Source: Podarcis erhardii (Eukaryota). Taken from it: a stretch of DNA of 64,000 nt. Location: NCBI GenBank assembly GCA_964252035.1, contig OZ176205.1; one strand, written 5' to 3'. Positions 1 to 14,187 of the stretch are shown piece by piece. The notes below the pieces were generated by a model. That model did no database searches, was not told the DNA's origin, and saw nothing but the letters and a program-made list of their open reading frames with translations. Made by a program: the position numbers and the translations under genes. Positions within the stretch are counted from its first letter, which is position 1. Each line of letters opens with the position of its first letter.

Positions 1-612
1 TCCTCAGAGCTATTTCATTTACTTCTTAAATAGCTACTTAGTCTATTTTCTTTCCTACACAGGCAAGAAGATAGCATCATAGACAGAATTACATTATGTC
101 CTGGAAAATCTGCATGCTTTACTCCTTGCAACTGCTGGTAAAGGATTCTGAAATGGCCAAAAGTAGATGCCCATTCCATCATAAATATAGCAGCCTAAAA
201 TAGCAGAATGGCCTTTTGAATATGCCCTCAATTTCACCAAGTTTCCTTCTTACAAGTTCATGTTTCTAATTTCAGCATAAATAAATACAATTTTATCAAA
301 TTCCTGCATGAGCCAACCTCAACTTATTTCTGTCAGTAACAAGTAAAAATGAAAGTCTGGATATAGCTCTGAAAAGTTATTGAGCAGTAAAGTGGATAGG
401 TCATTTGGTCAAAACAGTAATTTTCTCCCTCAAAAACTCACATGAACACCCTGACCAATAAACAAAAAAGAGCAAAAGTCAACCTGGAGTAGGACCCCTT
501 CACTATCAGTGCCTTTCATATGCTCAAAACTGCCTTTCCTATAGCTTGACTATAGTCTATGGGTACATCACTCTAGATTGTGAATTGTTCAATACATGCT
601 AATCAGTGACTA

Positions 613-846
<234 letters not shown>

Positions 847-1127
847 TCATTTTTTAAAAAAAGAAGCAAGTTGTAATTAAAGAACTATTTACACAATATT
901 TGCAAATGTTGTTCATAACCCAAGAGGTCCCCAAACGTAACTAATATTAAAAATAAGTTGCCATTTCAAATTGCAGAATGGTGCATGCCAGAAGCACAGG
1001 TGCTGCCCAGTCAAGTGAGTCAAGGTACAGGCAATGGGCTGTATACCCACCCCAACTGTGAACAGGAAATAAAATTTTAAAATGAGCAATTCCCTCCCCT
1101 TACCAGCAGCAGCCACTTAGTTAAGTT

Positions 1128-1450
1128 GGGGCTGCCCTTGGAAAATATTCAGAACTTTCAGTTAATGCAGGATGCTGCTGCTAAAGATTTGACCATCACT
1201 ACATTTCAGAAACATGTTACCCCTTTGCTATTCTCAGCTGCACTGGTGGTTGGTCTGTTTCTGAATGTAATTCTAGGTTAAAGCCCACAATAACTTAGGA
1301 CAAGTTGTCTAAAAGCCCTTTTTCTTCCCATTGAGTCTCTCTGCCCTCCAATATCTAGAAAGCCCTTTTATGCATTCTGTTGCCTTAAGAAGTGTGTTAC
1401 CACCCACTATACAAGACTCCTTTTTGTGTCATGGCACCCGGTATATTAAC
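1128..1450 (+). mobile_element. Degenerate L2-type LINE ORF2 3' fragment
   Basis: Translates GLPLENIQNFQLMQDAAAKDLT...HVTPLL, resembling the L2 C-terminal motif GLP..IQKLQLVQNAAAR...HITP. Confidence 0.5.
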
Positions 1451-2616
1451 TCCCTGCCCAGAAATATTAGGTTTATATCCTGTTCTGCTGGTTTCCTGTT
1501 GTTTGAAAACCTTTCTAGCAAGCCCTTGTTTTTAAGCTTATGTGTTTTTTGGCGTTTGTTGCTGCTATTTTACTGATACTGGCATTGGCCTGGTTTGTAA
1601 GTTACAGTATGTCAAATTATGGCTAAGTGTGAATGAGGGAGTGTGTGAGTATTTAGAGTAAAGATCATGACCCCTTTGCTCCTCTCCTGGTCCTGCTGCT
1701 GTGCTATTCAGAGCTAAGCCATAGTGTGGCTTAGGGCTATGTCCAAACCCAGGCCCACAGTTTCCAGACAAATGAGCTGCAGGCCATGTTTGTTCTTGGC
1801 TTACCACTCGTGGTTTGTGGAGTGAGACAAACCCTGAGCAATGCTAATTCAAATTATGAATTGGCTCTGGGTAGTGTGGCAGCAGCAGGACAAGGGAAGA
1901 GCAGAGCGGCTACAATTTTTCATCCAAGTTCCCACCTACTTTCTTGTTCATGCTTAGCCATGGATTGACTTACCAATGCCTTTTGAAATGAGCCATTGGT
2001 TTTTATATTTCATAAACTGTCTTCGTATCTCCATTTTAGAAGGAGAAAATGATTATAAATCCTAAAATAATTAAATATTGCTAGTGTGAAAACACTATAT
2101 CCACCAGCACAAGCAAACGGTTTCTTAATTTCATTTTCCTTCTATAGCATCATATTCATACCTGAACATGCATGAAAATTGATCAGCACACATGTATTCA
2201 ACTTTTGATGCTCAAAACTTTTAAGGCAAGACTTACAGCATGATCCCATGAAAGCTTTCTATGAACAAGTCCCATTAAGACTTACTCTTTAATAACTGTG
2301 CATACAACTGCAGTTTTTGCATAATAAATACTAAATGTTGAATTAAATTTAGATAAAGATGGTGAGTTGGAGATGTAGGTTCAAAAACATCTCATCCACA
2401 AGCTGGAAAAACTTAAAATGGAAGTTACCACATTCCATTTGGTGATTACAGAGTTTCTTTTTCCTAGAAGGCTCTCTTCTGCCTTCCATGCATTCCAAAG
2501 TTCCCCACAAAATGATAATTTAAGATATCCCATCATGAGTGTAATGATTCTAGCAGAAAAGAAGAACTCCACATTGCTTGCACATTCTTACTTTTGACAT
2601 CTGCATACTCTCATTA

Positions 2617-2715
<99 letters not shown>

Positions 2716-3491
2716 CTAGAAGTTGTGCAAAAACAATGCACATATTAAAACCCATTTCAGCCATTTTTTTTAAGACAAACAGTTACGGAAAGGAGAATTA
2801 GGGGAGGAAAGTGCTCTGTTTTGGGGATGACTGAACAATATATAGAGCCTTCTGTACCTACCAGTGTAGTATATCTGGTTTTCAGCTGCTATGGAGCATA
2901 ACACTATCTGGCATTGAGTCAATTATTATTTTTCCTTCCTGGCTGACATTCATGACAATGCTACCCTTCATAATAAATTACAGTAAGAGATATGGTGAAT
3001 ACATATAACTGAGAGAGGCCTAGGGTACACCCAAAATATTTGGATAATGGGTATAAATAAAGCAGAATATTATTACTATAGCACTACAATGGAACAGGGC
3101 AACTTAGAAAAGGTGTAGACACAGTATATTAAGAGAGTTAAGTTTGGAAAACAACAACTGCTGCTTAGAGCATTACCTGAATTCTGTAAATAACTACATG
3201 TAGTAAACAGGTGTTACCAGATAACTGTTAGGGAGCTCAGCATAAAACTACACTTCATTTGGCCAACTGTGTTCAATGTTAACAAATCAACTATGTCCAA
3301 TTGTCCATTACCTTAAGAGGATTTTCAAATTACTAACATCTTTTTCAGGAGTGTAGAAACTACTTTTATTGATGGGATACTTGCGCTGAAAGCAAACTCT
3401 GTGTATTTGCATTTAATAACAGGGTGATAAGAGGAACCCACAGCTGTTTGATGGTGTTGGAGGGTCAGAAGTTGGCTGTCTATATTTTTTA

Positions 3492-3641
<150 letters not shown>

Positions 3642-3924
3642 CTAGAAGTTGTTCAAAAATGGGGGGGGGGGTATTAGTGTCATTTTCTATTAATAAAAAA
3701 TAAAAAAATCAACAGCTAGACCAGAATCATTCACAGGAAAGGCTTGTTATCTTTACTCTGGTCTTTGATACCTAAAATGTATATTCTTAGGACCCGTCCT
3801 TCTTTTTGTGGCTGCATTCCATAACTGTATGTTTTAAAACGATTTTTAATGTTGTATTTTAAATTTTTGTAATCCATCCTATGACCTTACGGTGAAGGAC
3901 AGATAATAACTTTAAATTACTGGT

Positions 3925-3948
3925 GATGATGATGATGATGATGATGAT
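3925..3948. repeat. (GAT)n microsatellite
   Basis: Direct reading. Confidence 0.9.
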
Positions 3949-4002
3949 ACAGGGGTGATGAGAAACAAGCACCAAGAAAGCATGTTTCAGCATATGCAAT
4001 AC

Positions 4003-4054
4003 CTCTTCATCTTTTAAGCCTTCTTCTTCCATAACTTTTTCTAGCTTCTTCTGT
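4003..4054 (-). CDS. STK38: STK38 coding exon 2 (QKKLEKVMEEEGLKDEE)
   Basis: Joins in frame with previous exon (AG|A = Arg); 52 nt; canonical splice sites. Confidence 0.97.
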
Positions 4055-4825
4055 CTGGAAAAAAAATGAATAAAGTTCATGCATATAACTTCAGCATAGA
4101 ATAGAGCTGCCAGGAATTGGAACACTGAATTCCAAGGCTTCATTTCTCAATGCACACAGCAATCAAGATAATCACCCTGCTTCTGCTTGAACTTCTGCAA
4201 AATGAACAGGAAATTTGCTCTTATCGTGCATTTGCATCATACAAATTAAGTCTTTTGTAAAGAAAAGGGGCACGAAACAAGAGCAGAGTTTAATCATTTA
4301 TAATAAAAAGGACGTACAAACAAACTGATTGCAGGATGAGCAACTTCTGGAAGGTATCAAGACCTGATTTAGATCAACCATCAAATATCTTACTGCCAGG
4401 TCAAGGTGTGTCTGTGGTGGGAAAGGGCTCACAGGAGATAGCTGGCAAAAACAGAGGCCACATCACGCAGCCAATCTAATACCCAATCCATAATGCACAG
4501 CACAACTGCATTTGTCACTGGGTGGAACAGTAGAATGTAAAAAGTGGAAAGGACTTCATTTCAAAATGACCTTTGAAACACTATAGAGAGCTTCTTAGAC
4601 TATAAGCTACTTCCATTTCTATGAAAATGATCAATCTCTTCAATTCTAACCAATCTGTCAGCTTAATAAACCTTTAGTTATTCTGTATATGCAAACAAAA
4701 AGCTGGATAAATTTAGGGAGGATATAGAAGGGAGTAGAACTGATGAATTTTAGTAAGGCCTTTCAAGAAAATTGCTCAAAGGCAATGTATTTCAAAAAAA
4801 CTGAAACACCTTACGATAGAATTCT

Positions 4826-5152
4826 GAGGCAAGGGTTCCTTTGAGCTTCATTCAGGTGGTCTTCAGAATGTCCACATTAAATTATTATGTTGATTTTAAA
4901 CTGTATTGTATTGCTGCTTCTTTTATTATATTTTACTGTATTATAATTTGAACTCCATAAAATGCAAATTGTAATACAAAAAATACAATATAAGAAATAA
5001 AAAACAATAAAAATACAGCATCTACCACAGCACATTACCAATTATACAACACACAGGAGTGAAACATGAAGCACCCCCCCTCAAGATCATCAGCAAACCT
5101 GAAGTGGTCCCCCAATATCATCTGGGTTGGGGGAAAAGGAACCACTGTTCTA
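4826..5152. mobile_element. Non-autonomous DNA transposon-like repeat (related copy at about 35826-36020)
   Basis: Blocks gagcttcattcaggtggtct and atacagcatcta.cacagcacatta recur at 35.8-36.0 kb; ggaaccac terminus. Confidence 0.45.
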
Positions 5153-5192
5153 GGGTACCAGTCAAGCACACACAATCAAATGTACCTCACAG

Positions 5193-5264
5193 TTAGAACC
5201 ATAGAATTGTAGAGTTGGAAGGGATCCCAAAGGTCATCTATAACAACCCACTGCAATGCAGGAA
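5193..5264 (-). mobile_element. CR1-like 3' tail of tRNA-Lys-derived SINE (tail only)
   Basis: Matches tails of copies at 11460 and 39434. Confidence 0.7.
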
Positions 5265-6100
5265 TGTTATTCCATGTGAACTGGCAGCATAACCTAACAA
5301 AGATTTCACATGGCTGTATGTCATAGTAAAAGACTGGCAGCAGTGACAAGCTATTTCTATAACTGATCTTCTCATTGATAAGCCTAATAAGTTTTCAACT
5401 ACAACATCTAGAGAGACGTTGGTGGAGTTTCCCCACCAAGCGAAGGGAAACCAGAGAGGTGTGTTTTTCAGCAGTGGCTTCGCCTTCAAGGACCTATGTT
5501 CCAATTGGCATTCAACAGAATGAAGAGAGGGGTGTTTGTTAAATATTTCAAAGAAGGGAAAGCTAAACTGGAACAATGGTTTTATGCATTAAACATTTTT
5601 TTACGGAGCACATTTGACCACTACTTGTAGCAGGAAGTAGTTAATATATTTTACAGATAAATATAAAATACAATACTTAGAAGGGAATGAAATCCAGGAA
5701 GGAGTAAACTGTGTTTAGAGAGGCTGCTTTTGATTATAGTACACAGTAGAGCCAAGTGCATTTCGCAATAAAAACTGTTTATACTGGACACACTGAAATA
5801 AAAATAAAACATAACACTAGAGAGACAAAAACAACTTTCATTCCAGGAAAATGCTGCTACTAGTTTTCATCAAGCATCTGCAACATATGCCTTTCTTGAA
5901 ATGCACAACAAGAGGATAGCATGGGCACTGAAAAATATCATCATACTAAAATATTTTAACGGCTTTTTGAGGACTTAAAAGTGTTATAAAAACTTTTAGC
6001 AGGATAAGATGATCAGCGTATTTGTGGCATCCATTGTTTCTTAAATCTTGATATAAGGAAAATAGCATTACTTCCATTTTCATGAAGCTGGGATATTTAC

Positions 6101-6231
6101 CTCATTTCTCGTTCCTCATGCTGCGCAATCAGATTACTGTAGAAGTTTTCCAATGTCACCTTTGTCATTGTAACTCGCTCCTTGGTGTGGTTGCTCATAG
6201 ATGAACAAGGTGCTGGGCCAGTCATCGCCAT
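6101..6231 (-). CDS. STK38: STK38 first coding exon (MAMTGPAPCSSMSNHTKERVTMTKVTLENFYSNLIAQHEEREMR); exon starts at 6236
   Basis: NDR1 N-terminus; ATG at 6231 in ACCATGG context, 5 nt after acceptor; donor GTAAAT at 6100. Confidence 0.97.
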
Positions 6232-6959
6232 GGTTCCTGGAAGAGAGAAATTAAAAAATATCTGTGATCCTAAACCTTGAAGCAAGAAATCTACACTACA
6301 TGATGGCTTAAATTTAAATAAAGCAGCCAATTTAAAAATAAACAAAAGCTTTGCAAAACGCAATATGTCCAAACTGGAAGCTACAAGTGTAAAAGGCCAC
6401 AATGTTGCAAAACTTCCTGTTTTTCTACATAAGTTATGAACAAGGAGGAAAGAAATGTGATAACTATTAAGTCTCTGAATGACATTTGCAGGTTGCATTA
6501 CAAATGTCTTTTATTACTTTCATCTCCAGTCAATTAAAATTCTACCAACATGTTTTAAACCAATAATATTACGTATTTCCAAGAAAAAGTATTTACAAAC
6601 ATAGCACAAGCTCCATTTATTTCCTTGGAACTTGCTTTTATTGAGTAAGAGTCAATATCTGCAGGGCTGTCAACAAAGAGTGAGCAAATTTGTTTCTGTT
6701 GCTCTAGAGCCTACGGAAAGGGAATATTGATTACACTTTGGAAAGAAAGAATGTCCTGACCATATGAACTGCTAGACAGTGGAACAGGCTGCCACACAAG
6801 GTAAAGAACTGTTGGAGGTTTCTAAGCACAAGATGGATGGCCACCTAGTTATTGTAGAAAACTAGAGTAGCAGATAATATACCTAAGTAAAGTGGACTAG
6901 ATGGTTTTTAATCCTTCCAACTAAGATTCTAATCAGTAATTTTCAGTTCAAATTTACTT

Positions 6960-7022
6960 GGAGATAAGTCCCAGTGATTTCAATGGAGCTTACCTGCAAG
7001 CAAGTGTTCATAGACTACAGCC
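6960..7022. repeat. Short interspersed squamate repeat (agtaagtccca...ttcaatgg..cttac); related copies near 11930, 13360, 13460, 16070, 37690, 38700, 61020
   Basis: Motif recurs several times in the window; family not identified. Confidence 0.55.
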
Positions 7023-8049
7023 CAAGCAGTATTTTTCCTTGTATGACAGCAGAAACAAAGATTTCTGTTCCTATTTTCTTCACAGTGTAACTAACCGACC
7101 TAGAACCAATTAGCTCTTACACGTTTGCTTTAGTTAACAATTGTAACTGCTTTTAAAATCTTCCCAATTTCATCAGAACTTCTAACCAAACAAAGGTTAT
7201 ATAAAATAATTCTTTGAACTAATTAGAGTATTTTGCTCGCATGGCTCTTTGAATGCAATCGTTTTACGGTGCACTCCCTTCCAAGAAAAGCTGTACATAC
7301 TATAAATTATCTCTTTGTCATACTAGGCAACTGCAGCTCCTTTTTGCCAGTTGAAATTTCCCATTTTAAAAATTATCATCATCCCCAAGGACCAGAGTGT
7401 CACTATGGCCCATCTGCAGTGTACCTAGCCTCTCATGCCAGTTACAGGATCATGCCACATGATACAGCCATGGCGTCCCACAAAGTTTGTTATGGGTATT
7501 AAGGGTTGTTAGGCAGACACCCGTTTCTCTTAAGGAGCTACAGTTTTCAGGATCTCTGGGAATTGTAGCTCTGTGCAGGGAATAGGGGTATCCTAACAAC
7601 TCTTACCATGCTTAACAAACCACAATTGCCAGGATGCTTTTGGGGGGAAACCACGGATGTTTTAAAGTGGCATGGTACAGCTTTAAATGTACAGCACAGG
7701 TGGGGCCTACTAGAATTCAAAGCAAAGCCTTCCCCTATGCATCCAAAGCACATTTCCCCCCAAAGAATCCTGGCAACTGCAACTTACCCCTCCCAAAGCT
7801 GCAAATTCCCAGCACCCTTAACAAAATACAGTTCCCAGAGCTTTGGAGGCGGGAAGGGGCAAGAATTGTGCTTTTTACATGTAGGGCTTATACAATGTCT
7901 TAGAATCCCAGGAGACTTAACTATAAAGGAGCTGCTTCACTCCTAGGCACATTTACTCGGGAGCAATTCCCTCTCCTCAAGTCAGCAAAAGCCTCACTCG
8001 CCAGCAAAAACGACAAGGAGAAGATGAAGGAAAAAGGAGCACGAGGTCC

Positions 8050-9060
8050 ATTTTCCACAGAAGTTGTTTGCGAGGGGGAAGAGGCGAGCAGGTGTAAACA
8101 GAGGAAGGAAAGGCAGAGCCAGGCGTCACGCTAAAACCCTAACAGGAATCTATGTGGTCAAGAAGCAGAAAATGGGGTTTTTTTTAGAGGGGGGAGGCAG
8201 GAGACTCAAGAGGAGGAGGAGGAGGAGGACGGGGCAACTTGAGGCGTCTCCCCTCCCCTCTGTGGATGCTACAAAAGTACCTACCTGGCAAGAGGGGGCG
8301 GGACAGGATGGCGCCCCGGGAGGCAGCTCAGCCTGAGGGGGGAGGAATAACTTTTGGGTGGGGGGGTTAAGAGCAAACACCGGAGGAAGAGACGCTTACC
8401 GGACCCCCTTCTGGGAGCAGCGCCGAGGAGCCCCCGCCGTCCAATGCCTTCCCAGCCGACCAACACGGGAGAGAGACCGGGAGAAGCAGTTCCCAGAGGC
8501 CGAGCCCCGCCCCTTGCTCCCCGCTCAGCCGCCCCCACCCCAAAGGAAAGCTGGAGCCCGCGACCGGACAAGCGCCGACTGGAAACTCTGGCACGGCCCG
8601 CATGCGCAGAAGAGCTCTTTCTCTCTCTCTCCCGGCCGTGGCGCCGCCCCCTTCAAGGGGCGAGGCTCGCCTGATGGCCCGTTCCCCGCCCGCAGCCCCA
8701 GGAGGCGGGGCGCCGCCGCACTTTTGCCTAGCCTCCGGCGCTGCGCATGCGCCGGCTGCCGCTCTAGCGCCTCGGCGAGCGGGCTGGGAGGTTCGTGGCT
8801 GCTGTGCGCCGCTCCTTCGGCGTATGAGGAAGTCGGCAACTGTTTCCCGGGCGGCGCGAGGCGGCGGCCTCCTCCTCCGCCTCGCCCTCCGCTTGCTTAC
8901 GCGGAAGTAAACGCGGCACGACGGGCGTTTGCTCCCCAAGTTAGGGGAGGTGAAGGGGAGGGTTGCGGGGTTTTAGCGGCTTTGCTGGGAAGTATGTTGG
9001 CTTCCGCGCTTAGGATCGCGCTGCGCCGGTGTTTTGGACGGTCACCATCGAGCCAGGGCT
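8050..9060. promoter_or_regulatory. STK38: STK38 CpG-island promoter with non-coding exon 1 (best donor CCG|GTAAGC at 8400/8399, minus strand)
   Basis: CpG-rich; GC box 8701-8712; NRF1 motif TGCGCATGCGC 8742-8752; ETS motif GCGGAAGTA 8901-8909. Confidence 0.8.
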
Positions 9061-11459
9061 TACGCACGTTTTTTCAAAAGAAAAAAATCTCTGTTTTTAG
9101 GACACTCCACCCACAGAGCTCCCAGTTAGGATGAATCGACGCCTTCATATGTGGAAAGCAAGTCAGGAAGGTTCGTTGGTTCCTCAGGGTGTTTTTCCAC
9201 AAACCCAAATCCACATAAAGATTGTATTAATTTCAAAAGATCCGAGTTCTTACGCTGTCTTTTCAAGAGACAGGAACCCGCCTTGTTCCTGATCATTGTA
9301 CAGTTCTTCCATTTGGCTTTTCCCTGCTTTTCCAGACATTGGAACTGCACAAATAGGGAAATAGTGATGCTCACTAGTTTTATCAGATCACACCAAAAAC
9401 GTTTGCTTTTATTGCTTGTATTGTGGCACTGTAAAAACGCCATATGCCAGGTTTATTTGGCATACACCTTTGTGGACTAGAGCCCACTTTGTCTGACACC
9501 TATGCCAAAATAAATCTGTAGGTAAAGTGCCAAAGGACTTGTTTTTCCTGCAAGAGGCTAGCCTGGCCACCTCTGTTGAATTTTTTAAAAACAAGAAGTT
9601 CTTTAAAACCATTTCCAGAAGAACAAAGGGCAGTATTTTACTTCAGCTCTCTCTTTGTCCTGATGATCTACTGAGACAGACACTTGAGGGAAGGACTCTA
9701 GACAATGGATGGATTTATGCAACTAATAGAAGACTGGATATGTACCATAAGCCGTACTCTGTGTCTACTAACCCTATGAAGAACCTCTGGTCCCTACTCG
9801 TTAATATCCATGAATTTGGAAAGTTGATGCCCTAAAGACGAAATTTTGAAATAAGCAACCATCGCTTTGTGGTTAAGCTGAGGTGTGTATATTTGAGACT
9901 GCCCGTTGCACATGCACAGTTGACAGCTTCAAGAATAGAAGTTGCGGGAAGCTGCAGGCATGGGAAAACCAAACGGGTACGGTCATACATAGAGTGAAGA
10001 CACCCCTGCCCCTTCTTGGATGTAAATGTGACTTGAAGGGGAGTGGGCAGAACAAATTTGCTGTGTTTTAAGCTGCTAATATGTACCGGTATATAGCCTC
10101 TCATGAAAATTCCATTTCTACTTTTAAATCCACTTACAGGATAATATTATAACTCAGATGAACAGTGACAGCAAATTGTACATAGCTGTGGAAGTCCCTG
10201 TTGTTGCCAACATAGCTATCCAGTGTTTTTTTCATTTTAATGGCATTTAATATCTTTTCCATTTTATTCAAAAATGCATAGCTATTAGCAAAATATAACC
10301 TTGCTTTATTTTATTTAGATTTCCAGCATTAATGATGTACAACATTTTGATAAATTTCATGCAAAAAACATGTACCTTAATGCGTTCCATAACACTGAGG
10401 ATGGACAGTTTGTTTAAAATGGATCACTGTAAAATATGATCTATCAACATTGTATCATTATCAAAATATTATTTTAAGACAGCTTAAGCATTATATTTAA
10501 AGTAACTGAGACCTTGAATATTTTCGGTGACCCGAATAACAAAGCTATAGCAATACTACATATGTATTTTAGCATTTGTACATATTGTTTAACATATTAT
10601 TATTAAATATGAAGGACAAAATGTGTTCTTGCCATTTATTACTCCTTTGGAATGCACAAAGGTGGCTTTGTATAACATCTCAGCCCTGCACTTGTTGGCT
10701 TGGGAATATTCAATGGGACTTATTTGCTAATAATTGTACTGTATTTAGAATTCTGCATTCAGAATTTTGTATGTTTCCCCAAACTAGTTTAGATCTGAAA
10801 TATGGCATTAGAAACTAGGAAACCAGTCTCCTTGCTCATGACAAAAATGGTATGCAAAGGCCAGATCCAGCCTCTACTTATGATAGCCTTCAGAGATTTT
10901 CCAGGGGGAAGTTGAGATATAAAATGCAAATGTATTTGCAAAAGAAAAAAACAAGCAAGCAAGAAAAAACAAACTTGTCCCACATTAAGTAATAAGACGC
11001 TCAGGCAGAGTCCCCCAAAACAAAATCTGCAAGGTGGTTTAGTATCTGGTGCCTGGACAACCAAAATCTAACCAGTCTGCGATCTGCTCATGACCAAACA
11101 TTGATTATACACTGAATGTCAGTGGTGTACAACATAACTTCATGTTGTGCATCAGTATGAGCCCATTTTAAATTGTTACATTCACCATCTGTGTATTATG
11201 GTTTCTATGTTGTATTCAGGTAGAGTAAATTAACAGCACTGTCTCTGAAAGTTGACCCTATAATTACCCACTTTCCTAGGATTGGGAGAAACCTGGATGC
11301 AGAGCTGTTTAGAGACTTCCCGGGGAGCTGTATTTAACCCGCTCTTAATGCCAATTACGTTACCAACCCTTGTGTGGAGCCTAACAGAACAATCAACATT
11401 TAGTTCTCACACATCACATTGTTTTAGGTTTAAGGTACGCAATCTGCACCTCTTATCTA

Positions 11460-11594
11460 TCATTGAATTGTAGAGTTGAAAGAGACCATGAGGGTCATCT
11501 AGTCTAACCCCCTGCAATGCAGGAATATTTTGCCCAATGTGGGGCTCGAACCCACAACCCTGAGATTAAGAGTCTGATGCCCTCTGGACTGAGC
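11460..11594 (-). mobile_element. tRNA-Lys(CTT)-derived SINE with CR1-like tail
   Basis: Head gctcagt...actcttaatctcagggttgtgggttcgagccccac.ttgggc follows tRNA-Lys-CTT, then ttcctgcattgcagggggttagactagatgacc tail. Confidence 0.85.
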
Positions 11595-12605
11595 CCAATA
11601 GACTTTGGAACTTTTCTGACAAAACCTTTTCATCCCTCTGGAAAGTGGGAACTCTCAGCATACTTCTTCCAGAGGTATGTAGTATCTGAAATATTTTGTT
11701 CAAGCAGCTAACCAGTTACTTGCAATGGTTGCTTTCAATTCCACATCTTCAGAGTTGCAGCAGAATGTTTTTACATTTGAAAATATGTATATTTGGGCTT
11801 TTCTACTAAGTGTTCTAATCAGATAGCTGTGGGTGATAGGCTGAGGCATTATTCTGGATGACTTGATTCCTTTTGAAAACCTTGAGGTGGTCAGAATTGC
11901 TGCAGCCTGATCCAATGCATGTTTACTCAAAAGTAAGTCCCATGGTGTTCAATGGGTCTTATTCTTGTTTGCCTAAGATTCCAATCTTACTGTAAGACGT
12001 AATCTTTCTGCAGTAAGGAGACCATATTAATATGCTCAAAGAACCAGGGGTGCATATTTAGAAGTATGCATTTTACATGAAAAAAATGTATTATAGAGCA
12101 TTTGAATTTGCTTTCCAGCCTAGGTGTTTTCTCAGCCATGTGCTTTATTATAACTTAAACCCACATTGCTAAAGGGGAACAGTAGAAAACAGGCACAAAA
12201 GACCTCAAGTACTTATATGGGTGGTGGAAGCAGGAAAGGAGCATAAGGGACAACGTGTGAATACTTTCCACATACCCCAGCAGAATCTGCATGCACAAAT
12301 ACCTCAATAATATTGTTCAACAAATGCAAAGGAGTGAAGCAGCAATAATAATATATAGCCCCTGGCAATATTGCTAACAGTTATAAAATATTTGTCTAGA
12401 AGGGAAAATTTTAACCCCTGCACATTCCTGTTTAATAATCGGAATAAGGGGGAAATGTTCTGACCTTTCAACAATGCCAGATTACAATACTACAAAGGAG
12501 TAGTAAATGGCACAAACACACATTTTCTTTGTTAATCAACTTTTCTTTTGATCTCCCTCAGTGTATCAAGTAGCAGATGGACTACAATAGGTTCGGTCAG
12601 GAAAT

Positions 12606-12996
12606 CTATGTCTGGGTGCTGAGATTTCTTTTGCCATCTTGATCTCCACCTTGAAATATGTCAGAAAGATCTTGCCGGTCCTGATTGCCCTTTACATTCT
12701 TTAGATACTGCAACACATTTGTTTTCCTGAGGACAGCAACAGGCTCTTCCTTCTCCGTCAATCCCAGCAGCAGTTGCTTCATCATTTCTAGAGACTCTTC
12801 TCTGCCAGTTCCATCAGAGAGATCGGAGAGGTCTTGGTTCTTTGGGGAGGTCCACACAATGTGTGCCTGCGGGATGTCCCTGCCCACGGCTGTGTGCACT
12901 CCTCCCATGGCTTGGTGGAGCCAAATCAGTCGGTTTAACTCTTCACGGAGATTTCCTTTGTTATGCAAGAACTGGAATTCTGCCACTCCTCTCTTA
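12606..12996 (-). pseudogene. CCT7-like remnant, 3' segment (C-terminal equatorial region)
   Basis: QFLHNKGNLREELNRLIWLHQAMGGVHTAVGRDI vs recalled CCT7 [32 protein letters not shown]; polypyrimidine acceptor at 12998-12997. Confidence 0.55.
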
Positions 12997-14069
12997 CTGA
13001 AATGTGAAAAAGCCAGTACTGTGCTTGAGAAGCAGAAACACATTCACAACAAAGCAAGAAAACATTTCAAGTATATTAGTTAAAGATGAGGAAACCAATA
13101 TCACTAAGGGATTGTCTCCAACCTCGTTGAACTATCTGGTGCCATCTAACTGCTTGCAAAAATAGTGTATGGTATTCCTGGGGTCTGAACCAGTGCTGAC
13201 CACTTCAGATGTTTGACATCTGCATTCATTATTTTCTTTGTAGAATTGGACCGATGCAAAGTTGACAGTCCCCAAAGCCATGCAAGTCATTGTCCCACAG
13301 CTCCTCATCTGCCTTTATTTGTAATTCTTTAAGGCTGGAATCCTATAAAGACTACCTCAGAATAAGTTCCACTGAACTCAGTAGGGCTTACTTCTAAGTA
13401 GGCATATACCAGTATAGGATTGGACTGTAAGGCTACAGTTCTATGCATGCTTGTTTTGGAATATGTTCCACTGAATTCAATGGAATCTGATTTTTTTCAT
13501 GTCTGAATTTGCACTGGTGTTTCTTATTTGCCTACCTCTTGCTAAGAAATCTTTTCATGGCTACCCTCTAGCAAATATTATATGAGTTTTCAGTGTTGGA
13601 CTTTGAGTTTTGTTTCAAACTGGGAAACCTAAAATTCAGTAAAGATTAGCCACTGACAGATGCACAACTAACTTTAACCTAATATATAAAAAGACAGATT
13701 ACTGTACAAGCATATTAACATTGTCACTGTTCACATGGCTGTTTCAGGTTCTTGCATTATAGTTTCTACCCAGTGACTTTTTTGCAGTGTAAAATGAAGG
13801 TGGCATAACTAGCTTTTATTTACAAAACCTGTCTGTTCATTATAGTACCATGGACCAAAGAGAGCCCACTGAGGGCCATACTTGGGAAAGACTCCTATCC
13901 AGTTGTGGACAGCATGAATGGGGATGGTGCCTGACCTCCCAACATCTGTGTTTGAGGGGTAGAGTGGCATAGTGGTCAGTGCAGTGCAAACACACCACCA
14001 AATGCATCGGATTGGCTCTGCCAGTGCATTTGAACCATGCCGACCTCCCCACGGCCTCACCTCTCTCCT

Positions 14070-14135
14070 GCCTGAAACCTTGGAGAGTGGTTAGGGCTTC
14101 GCTGGACGGACCAATGGTCTGATTCATTATAAATA
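14070..14135 (+). mobile_element. Squamate SINE/L2-like tail fragment
   Basis: cctgcctgaaaccttggagag...ggaccaatggtctga, a recurrent reptile SINE motif. Confidence 0.45.
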
Positions 14136-14187
14136 TGTTCCTGTGTCCTATGTTAGACATGATGATGGCAGTCACATTTCTTTATTA

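Noticed and set aside
8064-9134. Overlapping 100-258 aa ORFs on both strands
   Set aside because: Stop-poor CpG-island sequence giving low-complexity R/P/A/G translations
12685-13083. 132-aa plus-strand ORF
   Set aside because: Ser/Phe-rich antisense shadow of the E/K-rich minus frame
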